Assembly (NCBI GenBank): GCA_963827755.1
Contig: CAWHCQ010000007.1
Coordinates: 1 to 64,000, forward strand
Origin: an uncultured Gammaproteobacteria bacterium
Lineage (GTDB): Bacteria; Pseudomonadota; Gammaproteobacteria; UBA9214
Length of the DNA: 64,000 bases
Direction: 5' to 3'
Within the stretch, counting starts at the first letter, position 1; every line of letters begins with the position of its first letter. The notes beneath the pieces were generated by a model, which saw only the letters and a list, made by a program, of their open reading frames with translations, was not told the origin of the DNA and searched no databases. Position numbers and translations under genes: made by a program. Of this stretch, positions 1-11,992 are shown piece after piece.

Positions 1-1486
1 AAGAACCGGCCGCGCGGCCGGTCGACGCGCTCGTAGGTGTGGGCGCCGAAGTAGTCGCGCTGCGCCTGCAGCAGGTTGGCCGGCAGGCGCGCCGCGCGGT
101 AGCTGTCGTAGTAGGCCAGCGCGCTCATGAAGGCCGGGCAGGGCACGCCGGCCTCGCGCCGCCAGCGCGACGACCTTGCGCCAGTTGGCCTGGCCGGCGT
201 GGATCTTGCGCCGGAAGTACGGATCGAGCAGCAGGTTGGGCAGCTTGCGGTCGCGCTCGTAGGCCTCGGTGATCTTCTGCAGGAAGCGCGCGCGGATGAT
301 GCAGCCGCCGCGCCAGATCTCGGCGATCTCGCCGAAGTCGAGCTTCCAGCCGTACTCCTCGCTGCGCCTCGGCCATCAGCGCGAAGCCCTGGGCGTAGGA
401 GCAGATCTTCGAGCAGTACAGCGCGTCGCGCACCGCCTCGATCAGCGCCTTCCTGCGAGCCCGCGTAGCGGAACTGCGGGCCCGCGCAGCTGCTTCGACG
501 CGGCGACGCGCTCGTCCTTGAGCGCGCTGACGAAGCGGGCGAAGACCGCCTCGGCGATCGTCGGCGCCGGCACGCCCATGTCCAGCGCGTTGACGCTGGT
601 CCACTTGCCCGGTGCCCTTCTGGCCCGCGGTGTCGAGGACGACGTCGACCAGGAAGCGTGCGCGGGTTGGCCGGGTCCCGCTGCCGCAGGATGTCGGCGG
701 TGATCTCGATCAGGAACGAGTCGAGGTCGCCCTCGTTCCAGCTCGGCGAAGATCTCGGCCAGCTCGTCGGGCTTCAGCCCCAGCAGGCTGCTGCAGCAGG
801 AAGTAGGCCTCGCAGATCAGCTGCATGTCGCCGTACTCGATGCCGTTGTGCACCATCTTGACGTAGTGGCCGGCGCCGTCGGCGCCGATGTAGCGCCGTG
901 CAGGGCACGCCGCCCGCACCGGCTTGCCCGGCGCGGCGCCCTCGAGCGGCTTGCCGGTCTTGCGGTCGACCTTGGCCGCGATCGCGTTCCAGATCGGCTT
1001 GATCGCCTTCCAGGCCTCGCGGCTGCCGCCGGGCATCAGCGACGGGCCGAAGCGCGCGCCCTCCTCGCCGCCGGAGACGCCGGAGCCGACGAAGTGGATG
1101 CCCGTGCTCGGCCAGCTCGCTTCTCGCGGCGGATCGTGTCGGTCCACAGGCTGTTGCCGCCGTCGACGATCGACGTCGCCCCGGTCGAGCAGCGGCAGCA
1201 GCTGGTCGATCACCGAGTCGACCGGCGCGCCGGCCTTGATCATCATCACGATCTCGCGCGGGCGCTGCGAGCGCTCGCGACCAGCTCCTCCAGCGTCCGG
1301 CAGCCGACCAGCCCGCCCGGCGTGTCCGGGTTCTCGGCGACGAACCGCTCGCATCGTCGCGGTCGTCGCGGTTGTAGACCGCGACGCGGAAGCCGTGGTC
1401 GGCCATGTTCAGCGCCAGGTTGCTGCCCATCACGGCCAGGCCGATCATCGCCGACGTCCGCCGAGCGTATCGTTTCTTGGCGCCAT
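1..1486 (-). CDS. gnd: 6-phosphogluconate dehydrogenase, NADP-dependent, decarboxylating (multiple frameshifts; 3' end just beyond window edge)
   Basis: Fragments in several frames: [78 protein letters not shown] at 1486 with GAAGGAG RBS. Confidence 0.93.
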
Positions 1487-1644
1487 CGAGTCGTTACTCC
1501 TTCGGCCGGTCGTGACCTTCCGCACGGCCGAGGGATGACACAGTGCGCCGCCCGGGTGTCAAGGGGCTCGGTACCGACCCCGGGATGCGAGCTAACATGC
1601 CGGTATCCGATCACCGCACGTCGCCGTGCGGAGTGGGAAGGGCA

Positions 1645-2275
1645 ATGGCACGCGGCCTGTGGGTTTTGCTTCTCGTCTGCGGATCGATCGCAACGGTCGG
1701 AGCACAATCCTCGCCGCAGTCTGTCGCCGCGCAACGCGAACTACACGATCGACGTGCGATCTCGATCCCGAGACCCGGGCGGCTCGACGGGCACGCAGGT
1801 GCTCGGTGGCGCAACATCCAGGACAGCGCCGACCGACGAGCTGTGGTTCCACCTCTACTGGAACGCGTGGCGCAACAACCGCAGCACCTGGATGCTCGGA
1901 GGACCGCATCCGCGGCCGAAGCGATCTACGGCGACGAGCACTCGCGGAAGAGGACTGGGGCTGGATCGAGGTCGATTACGTGCGCTGCTGCGACCCTCGC
2001 CGGGGGCCCGGCCTGAGGCGGAGACGCGAAGAGTCGACCTGACCGTCGGGGCCGATCGATCTCGACGCGTATCGACTACGCCCGACGACGGCAATCCCGA
2101 CGACCGGACCGTGATGGTCGTCACGTCGCCCGGCACGGTCGAGCCGGGGGAGACCGGTCGTCGTCGAGCTGAACTGGCGCGCCAAGGTCCCGCGCACCTT
2201 CGCCCGCACGGGCTTCCGCGGCGACTTCTTCTTCATGGCGCACTGGTTTCCCAAGCTCGGGGTGTTCGAGGCGGC
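1645..2275 (+). CDS. M1-family metallopeptidase, N-terminal fragment (frameshifted, truncated at junction)
   Basis: Signal peptide [13 protein letters not shown], then [71 protein letters not shown]. Ends before any HEXXH motif. Confidence 0.75.
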
Positions 2276-3408
2276 GGCATGTTCCACAGCAGCGACACCC
2301 TGGGTAATACCAAGGAAAAGAGTGGCAGCAACCTGTTCCTGATCCCGAGCATGGGCGGCATTTACAAGTTCAACCGTAAAATCGTCATGGGCATGGCCGC
2401 CGTCGGTAACGGTGCCAACACCCGTTACGACCAGACCGTACCGGGCAATCCGACCTGCGTTAATGGCGACATCATCGGGCGGGACAGACAGCTACTTTTT
2501 CAACTTCAACTGTAATGCCGACAGCCAGACCGTTGGCGTCAACCTGCTACAGATGCAGATGCTCCCGAGCATTGCCTACAAGGTCAACAAAAACCATTCG
2601 GTTGGCGCATCACTGGCCATTGGCGTGCAGTCCTTCCGCGCCTACGGTCTCGGCGCATTCGAAGACCTCGGCTTTGCCGGCAAGGGCGCCACCAAGACCA
2701 GCGGCAACGGCAATGACTGTTCCTACGGTGCCGGTGTGCGCTTCGGCTGGCTGGGCAAGTTTTTTGACAAGCGATTGAGCATCGGGGCCAACTATTCTTC
2801 ACGCGTCTACATGACCAAATTCGAAAAATATGAGCAGCTGTTTGCCGAGCAGGGCAGCTTCGATATCCCGGAAAACTTTGCCATTGGTTTTGCAGTCAAG
2901 GCAACAGCCAAACTGACGCTGGCCCTTGACCTGCAACGCATCATGTACAGCGATATCGCCTCGATCAACAACCCGGGCCCCAACGCAGCTGACAAGTCCG
3001 ACCTGAACCCGCTCTGCCCGGGAGTTGACACCCCACGCTGCCTGCTCGGTGGCGATGACGGCATGGGTTTTGGCTGGAAGGACCAGGACATTATCAAGGT
3101 TGGCCTCAACTATGATTTCAACAAGGCATGGAGTTTCCGTGCCGGTTACAACCATGGTGAAGGCGTTATTCGAGGACGACCAGGTCCTGTTCAACTTTCT
3201 GGCACCGGCCGTGGTCGAGGATCACGTGACACTGGGCGCCTCGTATCGTCCGAACAAGAACATCGAGTGGTCGTTCAACTACAGCCATGCATTTGAAGAA
3301 ACCCTGACAGGCCCGACTGCCTATACCAACCGTGCACCGGGCGAGGACAATGGAGCAGCCTCCATGTACATCGATACTTTGGGCGTGAGCTTTGCGTACA
3401 TGATGTAG
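2276..3408 (+). CDS. FadL/OmpP1-family outer-membrane transporter (5' truncated, frameshifted)
   Basis: LFLIPSMGG...AVGNGANTRY, SYGAGVRFGW, LFAEQGSFDIPENFAIG, MGFGWKDQDIIKVG, LFNFLAPAVVEDHVTLG; C-terminal beta-strand LGVSFAYMM. Confidence 0.85.
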
Positions 3409-3537
3409 AGCCCCGTGGAGACCAGAACGGTTAATCATTACAGATTGTTAATATGAAAACGTGATAACCTCGCTAACACAACAAAATTAGATAGCTCCCG
3501 GTTAAAAGCCGAACGGGATTACGAGGAGCAACTTAAA

Positions 3538-6266
3538 ATGAATTTGACAAAACACGCTGATCAAGCGGACCGCACTTGCGACAGCAGTAGCCACCACCCT
3601 GGGAATGGCTGCCATTCCCGAACAGGCTATCAGCAGTCGACGCAGACTTTCTCCTATCACCGGCTGGTTTACCCTGCTGAATCCGCCGGGTACCGGCGCG
3701 CTTAATAATGGCGATGCAGTGGTCCCACCTATGTACGGCAACCGTACCGCAGTTGCCGGCACCATGACCTTTGACACCGTTGCCGGCACAGGTGCCGCCA
3801 CTATGGACGCCTTCTCGTTCTTCGGCGGCGGCCCGGCTACGGCCACGAACATTTCCTTCCAGTCGATTGGCAGTGATCTGATACTGGGTAACCTGGGCTT
3901 CAACTGGGGCGGCAATGACGGCATTCCGGTCAGCATCGTACAGGATGCACAGGGGATGTTTGACGCGATCGGGATGAGCCTGGGTATTGGAGATTCCATC
4001 GGTGCAACGGGCGCAGACTTCGCGTGCGATACCAATATTACTTGCTCAGATGCCGCAACAGAAGACTTCCTGTTTGGCGCCAAGGCCTCTTACACCCTGC
4101 CGATGGGTGCGTCCCCGGTGGTAACGACGACATTTGACACTACCGACATCGGTACCGTGACCCTGGGTACCAACCCAAGCGGTACCTTGCCGCTGATCGC
4201 CGATACGATTGGCGGTTCCCCGATGAAGGCCGGTCCGTTCCCGCTTTCAATGCCAACTTTGATTTCGTCGACATGCGACTGATGAATGACGGGGTCAGTG
4301 GAGACATAACAGCCCCGGATGATGTCACTTGCCAATGTACCCGTAGTCCCCCCGATCCGCGCCAGCGACCTGGCCAGTACCTCTTGGATCACCTGCAGAT
4401 CTACTCCCGACAGGCGCAGTTGCAGAATATTGCACTGCACCACCGGCGTCGATATCGACACCTGCATTGATGCGGACCCTGGACTGCAGACGGCGCTAAT
4501 GATCCAGACAATACGATTACCGTAACGCTAACGGGAACCGTTACTACCGTTGACGTCACCTGGCGGTCACAAGTTGCGGGCGTTACCAAGGCGCTCGATT
4601 CCCAAAAGGTCACGGCAAAAATCGTCGAAGGCGGTTCCGCCGGAAATCCAGACCACACCCGATGATTTCACCGAAGAGGTTCTTACCACCACTGAAGAAA
4701 TCTGTTTTGCCGGGACTGATACACCCCATGGCGTGCTGACCGCCACGGATAATATAGATCCCAACCCGACCATCGAGTATTCACTGACGGGATTTGATTT
4801 TATCAGCGTCGATGACCCGGATCTTGAAAACTGCTCAGACGTGGAACACGTTTTCTTTGGACCCGGTGAAAACACCGTTTTCTGGCAAGCCAGGGATGAA
4901 AGCGGCAACATTACAAAATATGAGCAGAAAGTAACCGTGAATCTCCCACCTGGCATCACCGGCAAGGACTGTGTAGTCAACCTTGATTATGCGGGCCGCA
5001 GACTTCTGATGCAGGCACCTTCATCATGCGTAACCCGCTGGGTTCACAAACGGGTTCAACCGACAATACAGTTACCGGAGATATCGATACCACGCTGCTA
5101 TGTACCGAGCAGGGAACCGATGTCTGTCCGGACGTCGGTGCAGTCCTTGAAACCGCACAGGCGTTCGAAGGCCTGTTCTGGACGGCCGAACCGGTCTGGT
5201 TGTATGGCCCGGGCGACTGGACCTTCGAGGCCTGCCCCGGCGACAACTCTGCAAAGTGTGATGGCAACCCCAGACCATTGAGCATGAGGGTGCTGACGCC
5301 GGAGAACAACAACGGGATTCAGCAGCTTGGCGCGCATATGCTGTTCGAATGGGGCAGCACCCAGGCCATTGATGTGGTTGTTGTATGGGATGTGGACTGT
5401 GGCTCGAAACAGCTCACTACCACCGACCCGGCAACACCCCCAAATTCGACGCATCCTGGCGGACTTCCGCCTGACGGTATCCTCGGCACCCCGATGGTTG
5501 ACGGTCCCTTTATTGGTTTTAACGCGGCCTTCGATCAAAGTGCGACAGGGCTTGATGCAGACGGCAATGACGTACCTCTGATTGCTGACGGCGGTTTTAC
5601 CACCATGATACCGACCTACCAGAATCCAATTGCAGGCGGCTCACCACCGCCACTGGATAACATCGAGCGAGATGCATCTGACTTCCCGCCTGATCCGGGG
5701 GCAATCAAGTCCTGTGTCGGTAAATGTGCCGATTTCAGGGTAGATCCAACCTGATGGATGCAACCGATGGCGACGGTCCCTACAAGTTTACCAAGGTCGT
5801 GTTACCGCTCGATCGAGTCCCTACCGTTCTGGTCGCTAGTTGAGGAAATTCAAGAGATGGCGCGTGGCAGGATTATGTGATCGACAGCCGCAACCGGGTC
5901 GAGTCGCGCACTCCGCAATGCCGATGGTTCCTGTCCGGAACCGGGCGCGGGTGACTACAAGGTGGCCGGCGTCAATTCCCAGCTGGCGAACAAGCTGGAA
6001 CTCGGGGATGAATGCCTGCAGCTGACTATCGAGGATAACGGGCCCAATGACATCGACCTGATATTGGTGAAATAGAAGACCCCGTGGGTCGCGCAGCGGT
6101 TCCCGGACCGCCGCACCCAAGGCGGCAGACATCCGGCAGCGAAGGTTGCAGCCTGTCCACGGCGGCCATTGATCCAGCCAAGCGTGCTGACTGGACCTTG
6201 ATGGGTGGCTTGCTGACCGTACTGGGCTTCTTCTCCTTGCGTCGTCGGCGTAAACAAAGGCACTGA
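3538..6266 (+). CDS. Large secreted/surface protein with C-terminal JDVT-CTERM-like sorting signal (frameshifted across ORFs 3605, 4273, 4550, 5026, 6084)
   Basis: GAGGAG RBS and ATG 3538; signal-peptide-like start; Gly/Thr/Asp-rich beta domains; HYR-like segment (LTATDNIDPNP...GENTVFWQARDESGN); LTIEDNGPNDID motif; tail SEGCSLS..RADWTLMGGLLTVLGFFSLRRRRK. Confidence 0.72.
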
Positions 6267-6283
6267 TCGACCACTGTGGTCAT

Positions 6284-6316
6284 AAAAGCGCGGTCACTTG
6301 TGGCCGCGCTTTTTTT
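6284..6316 (+). terminator. Intrinsic terminator
   Basis: AAAAGCGCGGTCAC-TT-GTGGCCGCGCTTTTTTT hairpin with T-tract just after the 6266 stop. Confidence 0.85.
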
Positions 6317-6557
6317 GCTTCATATGAATCATTCATTGCAAAAGAATCCGAACCCGGACACAACAGCACGGCCTGTCACGCTGTTCATCGGAGGCTGCCA
6401 ACAATACGTATTTATTCTGTCGTATTGACGCCCTGCCCGCTATCTGATTCAATTCCCAATCAATTCATAACCTTATTGGCCTGTAAAAATCAGGGCAATT
6501 GCAGCATTGTAGCCATCCTGCCGATAAACCGGTTCAGAACTCATTCAGGATCAAAAT

Positions 6558-7136
6558 ATGACCAAAACCATTCACCATTTTCCATACAGCTGCGTTGTTA
6601 CTGGCCCTGTTCAGTCAAACACTCCGGGCAGATGACGCTATGGCAACCGCCGGAGACATACAAGATCCAGCCGGGTGATGTCCTTGAGGTTTCCGTATGG
6701 AAAGAAGAAAGCCTTTTGAAGCAGGTACTGGTACGACCGGATGGCGGCATATCATTTCCACTGGTCGGAAATGTTATCGCGGCTGGCAAGTCTGTTGATG
6801 AACTGCAAAGCCTGATCACCGAGCGACTGACAAAGTACATACCTGATCCTGTGGTAACCGTTTCAACAGCAGCAGCTAAGTGGCAACAAGGTTTATGTGA
6901 TAGGCAAGGTTGCCCGACCCGGGGAATTTGTCGCCAATCGTTATATGGATGTTGTACAGGCATTGAGTATGGCTGGCGGGATGACGCCTTATGCGGCTGC
7001 AAACAAAATAAAAGTGCTTCGCAGGGAGAACGGGGTGATGACCGCGATACCGTTCAGGTATGGGGATATCGAGAAGGGCGAGGATCTGGAGCAGAATATT
7101 ATTTTGCAGAGCGGGGATGTGGTGTTGGTTCCTTGA
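6558..7136 (+). CDS. Polysaccharide biosynthesis/export protein, Wza-like short form (frameshifted)
   Basis: YKIQPGDVLEVSVWKEESL..VLVRPDGGISFPLVG (Poly_export) and SLBB-like IGKVARPG...ALSMAGGMTPYA...LQSGDVVLVP. Confidence 0.9.
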
Positions 7137-7236
7137 GTGAAGTGAAAAGTGAAAAGAAAAACCTTAATGGCCACGGAAGCACACGGAAATACACGGAAAA
7201 ATAAAAACTTAAAAAATGCTTCGTGTATGCTCGTGT
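7134..7236. repeat. Composite intergenic element 1: GTGAAAA-type short repeats + ATGGCCACGGAA arm (right arm degenerate)
   Basis: TGAGTGAAGTGAAAAGTGAAAAG then ATGGCCACGGAAGCACACGGAAATACACGGAAAAAT; remnant TTCGTGTATGCTCGTGT at 7220-7236. Confidence 0.8.
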
Positions 7237-7278
7237 AGATACAGAAAAAACTGATTTTTTAATGGATATCACTGTCTG

Positions 7279-8547
7279 ATGCATCATCTGAAACGCCTTT
7301 CTGGAGTACTGATTATTGCCCTGGCTATGTCCTTGTCAGTTGAGGCGGCCGAGTGGTCGGCTGAGCCAAAGGTCTCTCTGCGTACGGGTTATAACGACAA
7401 TATACGTCTGACGACGGTTGATCATGATTCGGTCTGGGAGTCGGCGCTCTCCCCTTCTGTCAAATTCGGTGTGGCCAAGGAAAACCAGGGGCTGTTTGGT
7501 GATGCGGGGTTTTCTATTCGGCGGTTTCTCGGGTGGCAGTGGCCGCGAAAGCAGCAGCGTGCTGGATCGGGAAGATTATCATCTGAATACAAATGCCTAT
7601 CATGGCACCGAAAGGAATACATTCAGGGGCAATATCAATTACACGCGTGACAGCACGCTGGATTCCGAGCTGGATGAAACCGGTAATGTGATTGATGAAT
7701 CGTGCAACACGGGATCGATTTACGCTGGGGCCTTCCTGGGAAAGAATACTCAGTGAGAAAATGAAGGCCAACCTGGATTACCAGTTTACGACGGTCAGTT
7801 ATTCCGATGACCCCGGCGTCTACCGATCTTGTCGAGTATGACTATCACGTTTTATCCTCGTCGCTGGTGCGGCAATTTACACCGCGCATCCAGGGGACCC
7901 TTTCGGCCTCATACAACCTTTACAAACCGAAAAGCGGTATTGATTCCCGCACAATAAATATTCAGGCGGGTATTTCCAGGAACTTCAGCGAGACGCTGGT
8001 GGCCTCTTTTCTGGCAGGCCAGCGCCAGACAACATCCGATACACTCATTCCACGGTTCTGTACTGTCGCCGGCACTTTCCCGAACTGTACGGGTGGACCA
8101 GGCCTTCTGACTGGAACCAGAAAGGATGAGATCGACAGTACCGGTGCGGTATATGCTGCAAGCATCACCAAGACCCTGGAGACAGGTTCACTCAGTGCCT
8201 CGCTCTCGCGTTCATCGAGCCCGGGCGGTGACGGTGAATTGCTTGATACCACCCGGTTGAGTCTGTCCGGTGAACACCGGTTCACGGAAAAACTCCGAAC
8301 CACACTGAGCATTGGAATCACCGAAAACGAGACCATTGTCAATCGCTTCGGACGGGAGACAAATCAAGACAATGAGACATTCTTCCGGGTCAGGCCGAGG
8401 GTCTCCTATCGCTGGAGCCGTGAATGGGATCTGGCGGGTGAATATGAATACGCGAAGAATGAAAATGCGAATTCAAGGGATGCGACCCGGAATGCGGTTT
8501 ATCTGACGGTTAGTTACAGGCCGACGAAGGTTTCTTTGTCACGCTGA
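7279..8547 (+). CDS. Outer-membrane beta-barrel protein of the polysaccharide export locus (frameshifted)
   Basis: Signal peptide (..SVEA), AEWSAEPKVSLRTGYNDNIRL, amphipathic beta-strands, C-terminal ATRNAVYLTVSY; lies between the Wza-like and Wzc-like genes. Confidence 0.8.
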
Positions 8548-8553
8548 TGACGG

Positions 8554-8922
8554 GTGAGAAGTGAGAAGTGAAAGGTGAAGTGAAGTGAGGAGTGAAAGGT
8601 AAAAAGAAAAACCTTAATGGCCACGGAAACACACGGAAGTACACGGAAAAATAAAAGACTAAGTAATCTCTAGATGTGGTTGTCATTCCGGCTGGAGCGT
8701 CAGCGGAGTGTTGGAATCCAGTTCATTAAATTCAGTCGGTTACTGGATCCAGGCCTTCGCCGGGATGACTGGTTGATGTAATAATTAGTCAGGCTTCCTT
8801 GATGAATGATTCGCCAGCTACGCTGGCTCCTACAGGGTGCAGAAGGGATGTGGTGAGCGGGATTGGAAGATTTTACGTTGAGTTCTTTTTTTTCCGTGTT
8901 CTTCCGTGGCTTCCGTGGCCAT
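8554..8922. repeat. Composite intergenic element 2 with nested palindromic repeats
   Basis: GTGAGAA repeats 8554-8600; left arm ATGGCCACGGAA.. at 8617; internal GTCATTCCGGC..GGAATCCAG / CTGGATCC..GCCGGGATGAC pair (8682-8769); REP half TCGCCAGCTACGCTGGCTCCTAC (8811-8833); right arm TTTTCCGTGTTCTTCCGTGGCTTCCGTGGCCAT ending 8922. Confidence 0.85.
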
Positions 8923-9019
8923 ATCCTGTTCTTCTGTAAAATATAAATTTCTTCAAGTATATTAACCAGTAACCGAAATACTCCCCATATCCGGGAAAAC
9001 AAGGAAAAGCGAGCACATC

Positions 9020-10785
9020 ATGGCTGAAATGGCGTTGGAACAAACACTGGATCTGGGCGACTACCTGTCGGCCTTCAAGCGCCGACGCGGGTTGATCATC
9101 ACTGGTGGCCGGGGTTGTTTTCATCCTCGGGCTGATTACGGCCTTCGTCTGGCCGCCAACTTACCAGTCTACCTCCACCATACTGATCGAGGCACAGGAA
9201 GTGCCCGATGAGCTGATCCAGTCCACGGTCACCAGCTTTGCCGCCCAAAGGATTCAGCTCATCAGTCAGCGCGTCATGACGCGGACCAATCTTGTCGAGA
9301 TCATGGATAAATACGGGCTCTACAAGGATGAGCGCAGGCGCGAGACCATAGAAGAAGTTCTGGAACAAATGCGCGAGGATATCTCGGTCGACATGATCAC
9401 CGCGGAGGTCGTGGACCCAAGGACGGGCAGGCCCGCCGAGGCCACGATTGCCTTTACGCTCGGCTTCAAAAGCGAGAGCCCCGTGCTGGCCCAGAAGGTT
9501 GCCGGCGAGATGACCACGCTTTACCTGAGTGAGAACCTGAAGACCCGCACGGAAGGTGCCGCCGAGACCTATGATTTCCTGACGGCCGAGGCCAACCGCT
9601 ACCTGAAAGGAGATCAAACACTACGAAACGACGATGACCGAGTTCAAGGAACGCAACATGGAGACCTTGCCCGAGGTGCGGGGTATTAACGAATCAGCGC
9701 TTGCACGGGCCGAACAGGAAATCAGCAGCATCGACACCCAGTTGCAGAGCCTGAGTGAACGCAAGATATACGTGGAAGGCCAGTTGCCGCTGCTGGACCC
9801 GTACGTGCGGAACTGATAAAGCTGACAGCATCAGTCCCGAGATGCGGCTGAAAGCATTACGCACTGAATTTATCAGCCTTGCCAGCCGCTACTCCCCCGA
9901 TCATCCGGATGTCACCCGCATTAAACGTGAGATCAAGGCACTGGAGAAAGAAACGGGGGTTCACGCGTCTCAGGATGACCTGATAGAGCAGATGGGTGAA
10001 TTGCTGCATGAACTGACAACGGCTGAACAGCTTTATACGCAGGAGCATCCGGATGTTAAAAACCTCAAGCGACAGATCGCTGCACTGGAAGATGAACTCC
10101 TGAATACCCCGGCAGCTGAAGCACCGGATATTGCACCGGAGAAGTCCGGACAATCCCGTCCTACGTCAATCTGCAGACACAGCTGGCTGCCACGAACAGC
10201 GAGATACGCTCCCTGACAACACGACGCGCAGAACTTGTGGACAAGATCGCTGAATACGAAGAGCGCCTGCTGCGAACGCCCAAAACCGAGCAGGATTTGC
10301 GGGCGATCGTACATGAGCTGGAGGCGCTTTATGCGCGCTACGATAATGTCAAGAGAAAGCAGACGACCGCTGAAGTGGGGCAGTCAATGGAAAAGGAAAG
10401 GAAGGGTGAGAAATTCACCCTGATCGACCCGGCGGCCCTGCCGGAAGAACCGATCAGCCCGAACCGGCCGGCCATTATTTTTCTGAGCCTGGTGCTGGCG
10501 CTGGGTGCCGGCGTTGGCTCGGCCGCCGTTGCCGAGAGCATGAGTTCAGTTGTCAGGGGCAGCAAGGGGCTGGTGGCCATTCTCCATACCGCACCGCTGG
10601 CCGTGATTCCGTATCTGCCTAATGCCGCGGATACCCGTGCGCAAACCAGGAAGAAACTGCTTATCGTCTTCTCTTTCGTGGCGGCTATCGCGATAGTGCT
10701 GCTGCTGGTGCATTTCCTGTTCTCGCCGCTGGATGTTTTGTGGCTGCGGGGCATGCGCAAGCTTGATAATCTTGTGGGGGAGTAG
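9020..10785 (+). CDS. Polysaccharide co-polymerase / chain-length determinant, GumC/Wzc N-terminal type (frameshifted)
   Basis: LGDYLSAFKRRR, TM, PPTYQSTSTILIEAQEVP, coiled coils with two Y..(D/E)HPDV motifs, GEKFTLIDPAALPEEPISPNRP followed by TM. Confidence 0.9.
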
Positions 10786-10795
10786 TGGCTTCTTT

Positions 10796-10960
10796 AATGG
10801 CCACGGAATCCACGGAAGAACACGGAAAAATCAAGATCAGGGTCTTGAAGTCTCGGTAAAATTTTTGATGTTGCGTGCCTGGCAATTTATCGCGATACCA
10901 AGAAGTAATATCTTTTAATTGGTTTAATTTTTCCGTGTTCTTCCGTGGATTCCGTGGCCA
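10796..10960. repeat. Intergenic element 3: inverted CCACGGAA arms around an AT-rich core
   Basis: AATGGCCACGGAATCCACGGAAGAACACGGAAAAAT ... ATTTTTCCGTGTTCTTCCGTGGATTCCGTGGCCA. Confidence 0.9.
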
Positions 10961-11182
10961 ATATAATTTATGTTTCCAACACCCTGACCCACTGATTTTT
11001 AAAGTAATTATCCCCACCACCCGATAGCTTTTTACGGGACCGGAAGCAGTTCCGGACAGGGGAAACACCTGGGTAGCCGTTACAAGCTGACTGCCCTGGT
11101 GGCCGGCAGGGCAACAAGACCTAACTCCCGATAAATAAAGGGTTTATACTCTTACACATCAAGACTTCTGGAAGACCACATT

Positions 11183-11978
11183 ATGGAACACATCAAGAAA
11201 GCACTGGAAAGCGCGCGGCAGGAACGCAAGATACGCCAGGGAGACGCACAGGTCCCCGACACAGGATCAACCGGAACTGAAACCGGAAAAACAGGCGACA
11301 GGCAGACACAGTCGATTCCCGTGGAGCATGACGTCCTGCGCGAGAACAGGATTGTGACAGGCATGGAACACGGTCCGTTCACGCACGCCTATAACCTGCT
11401 GCGCACCCAGATCCTGCAGCGCTTCAAGGAAAACAACTGGAATGTACTGGCCGTCACCAGCCCGGGAGAAGGCGAAGGCAAGACGCTGACGGCGATCAAC
11501 CTTGCCATCAGTATTGCCCGTGAAGTCGACTACACCGTATTGCTGGTCGACGCGAATCTGCATCATCCCCGGATGCTCGAGCATTTCGGCCTGGAACCTC
11601 GTCAGGGCCTGAGCGAGCACCTGACGGATGACATTCCCCTCCCGGAGCTGCTGATTCAATCAGACCAGGTAGAACACCTGGTCATCCTGCCCGGTGGCAG
11701 GACGCTGGCACAACTCGGCAGAAATGCTGAACTCGCCCAAGATGAAACAACTGATCGAGGACATGAAGTCCCGTTACCACAGCCGCATCATCATCTTCGA
11801 TCTCCCGCCGGTGCTTTCCTCCGCCGATGCGCTGGCCTTCTCTCCCTATGTGGATGCGGCCTTGCTGGTAGTCGAGGAAGGCGTCACGCAGAAAGAGGAT
11901 ATCGAACGCGCCGTTGAGCTGCTGAGCACGACCAACATTGTCGGCACCGTCCTCAACAAGGCCGAAACCAGGAACTGA
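11183..11978 (+). CDS. CpsD/CapB-family tyrosine-protein kinase (one frameshift near 11700)
   Basis: Walker A TSPGEGEGKT, VLLVDANL, IIFDLPPVL, VGTVLNK. Confidence 0.9.
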
Positions 11979-11992
11979 TAGCTGCTGCAAGC

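Noticed and set aside
848-2515. 555-aa ORF as a novel fusion protein
   Set aside because: It is antisense to gnd, then passes through frameshifted peptidase pieces and across the suspected chimeric junction.
11066-11100. Possible JUMPstart/ops element (TGGGTAGCCGTTA) upstream of the tyrosine kinase
   Set aside because: Only partial resemblance; the GGCGGTAG ops core is missing.
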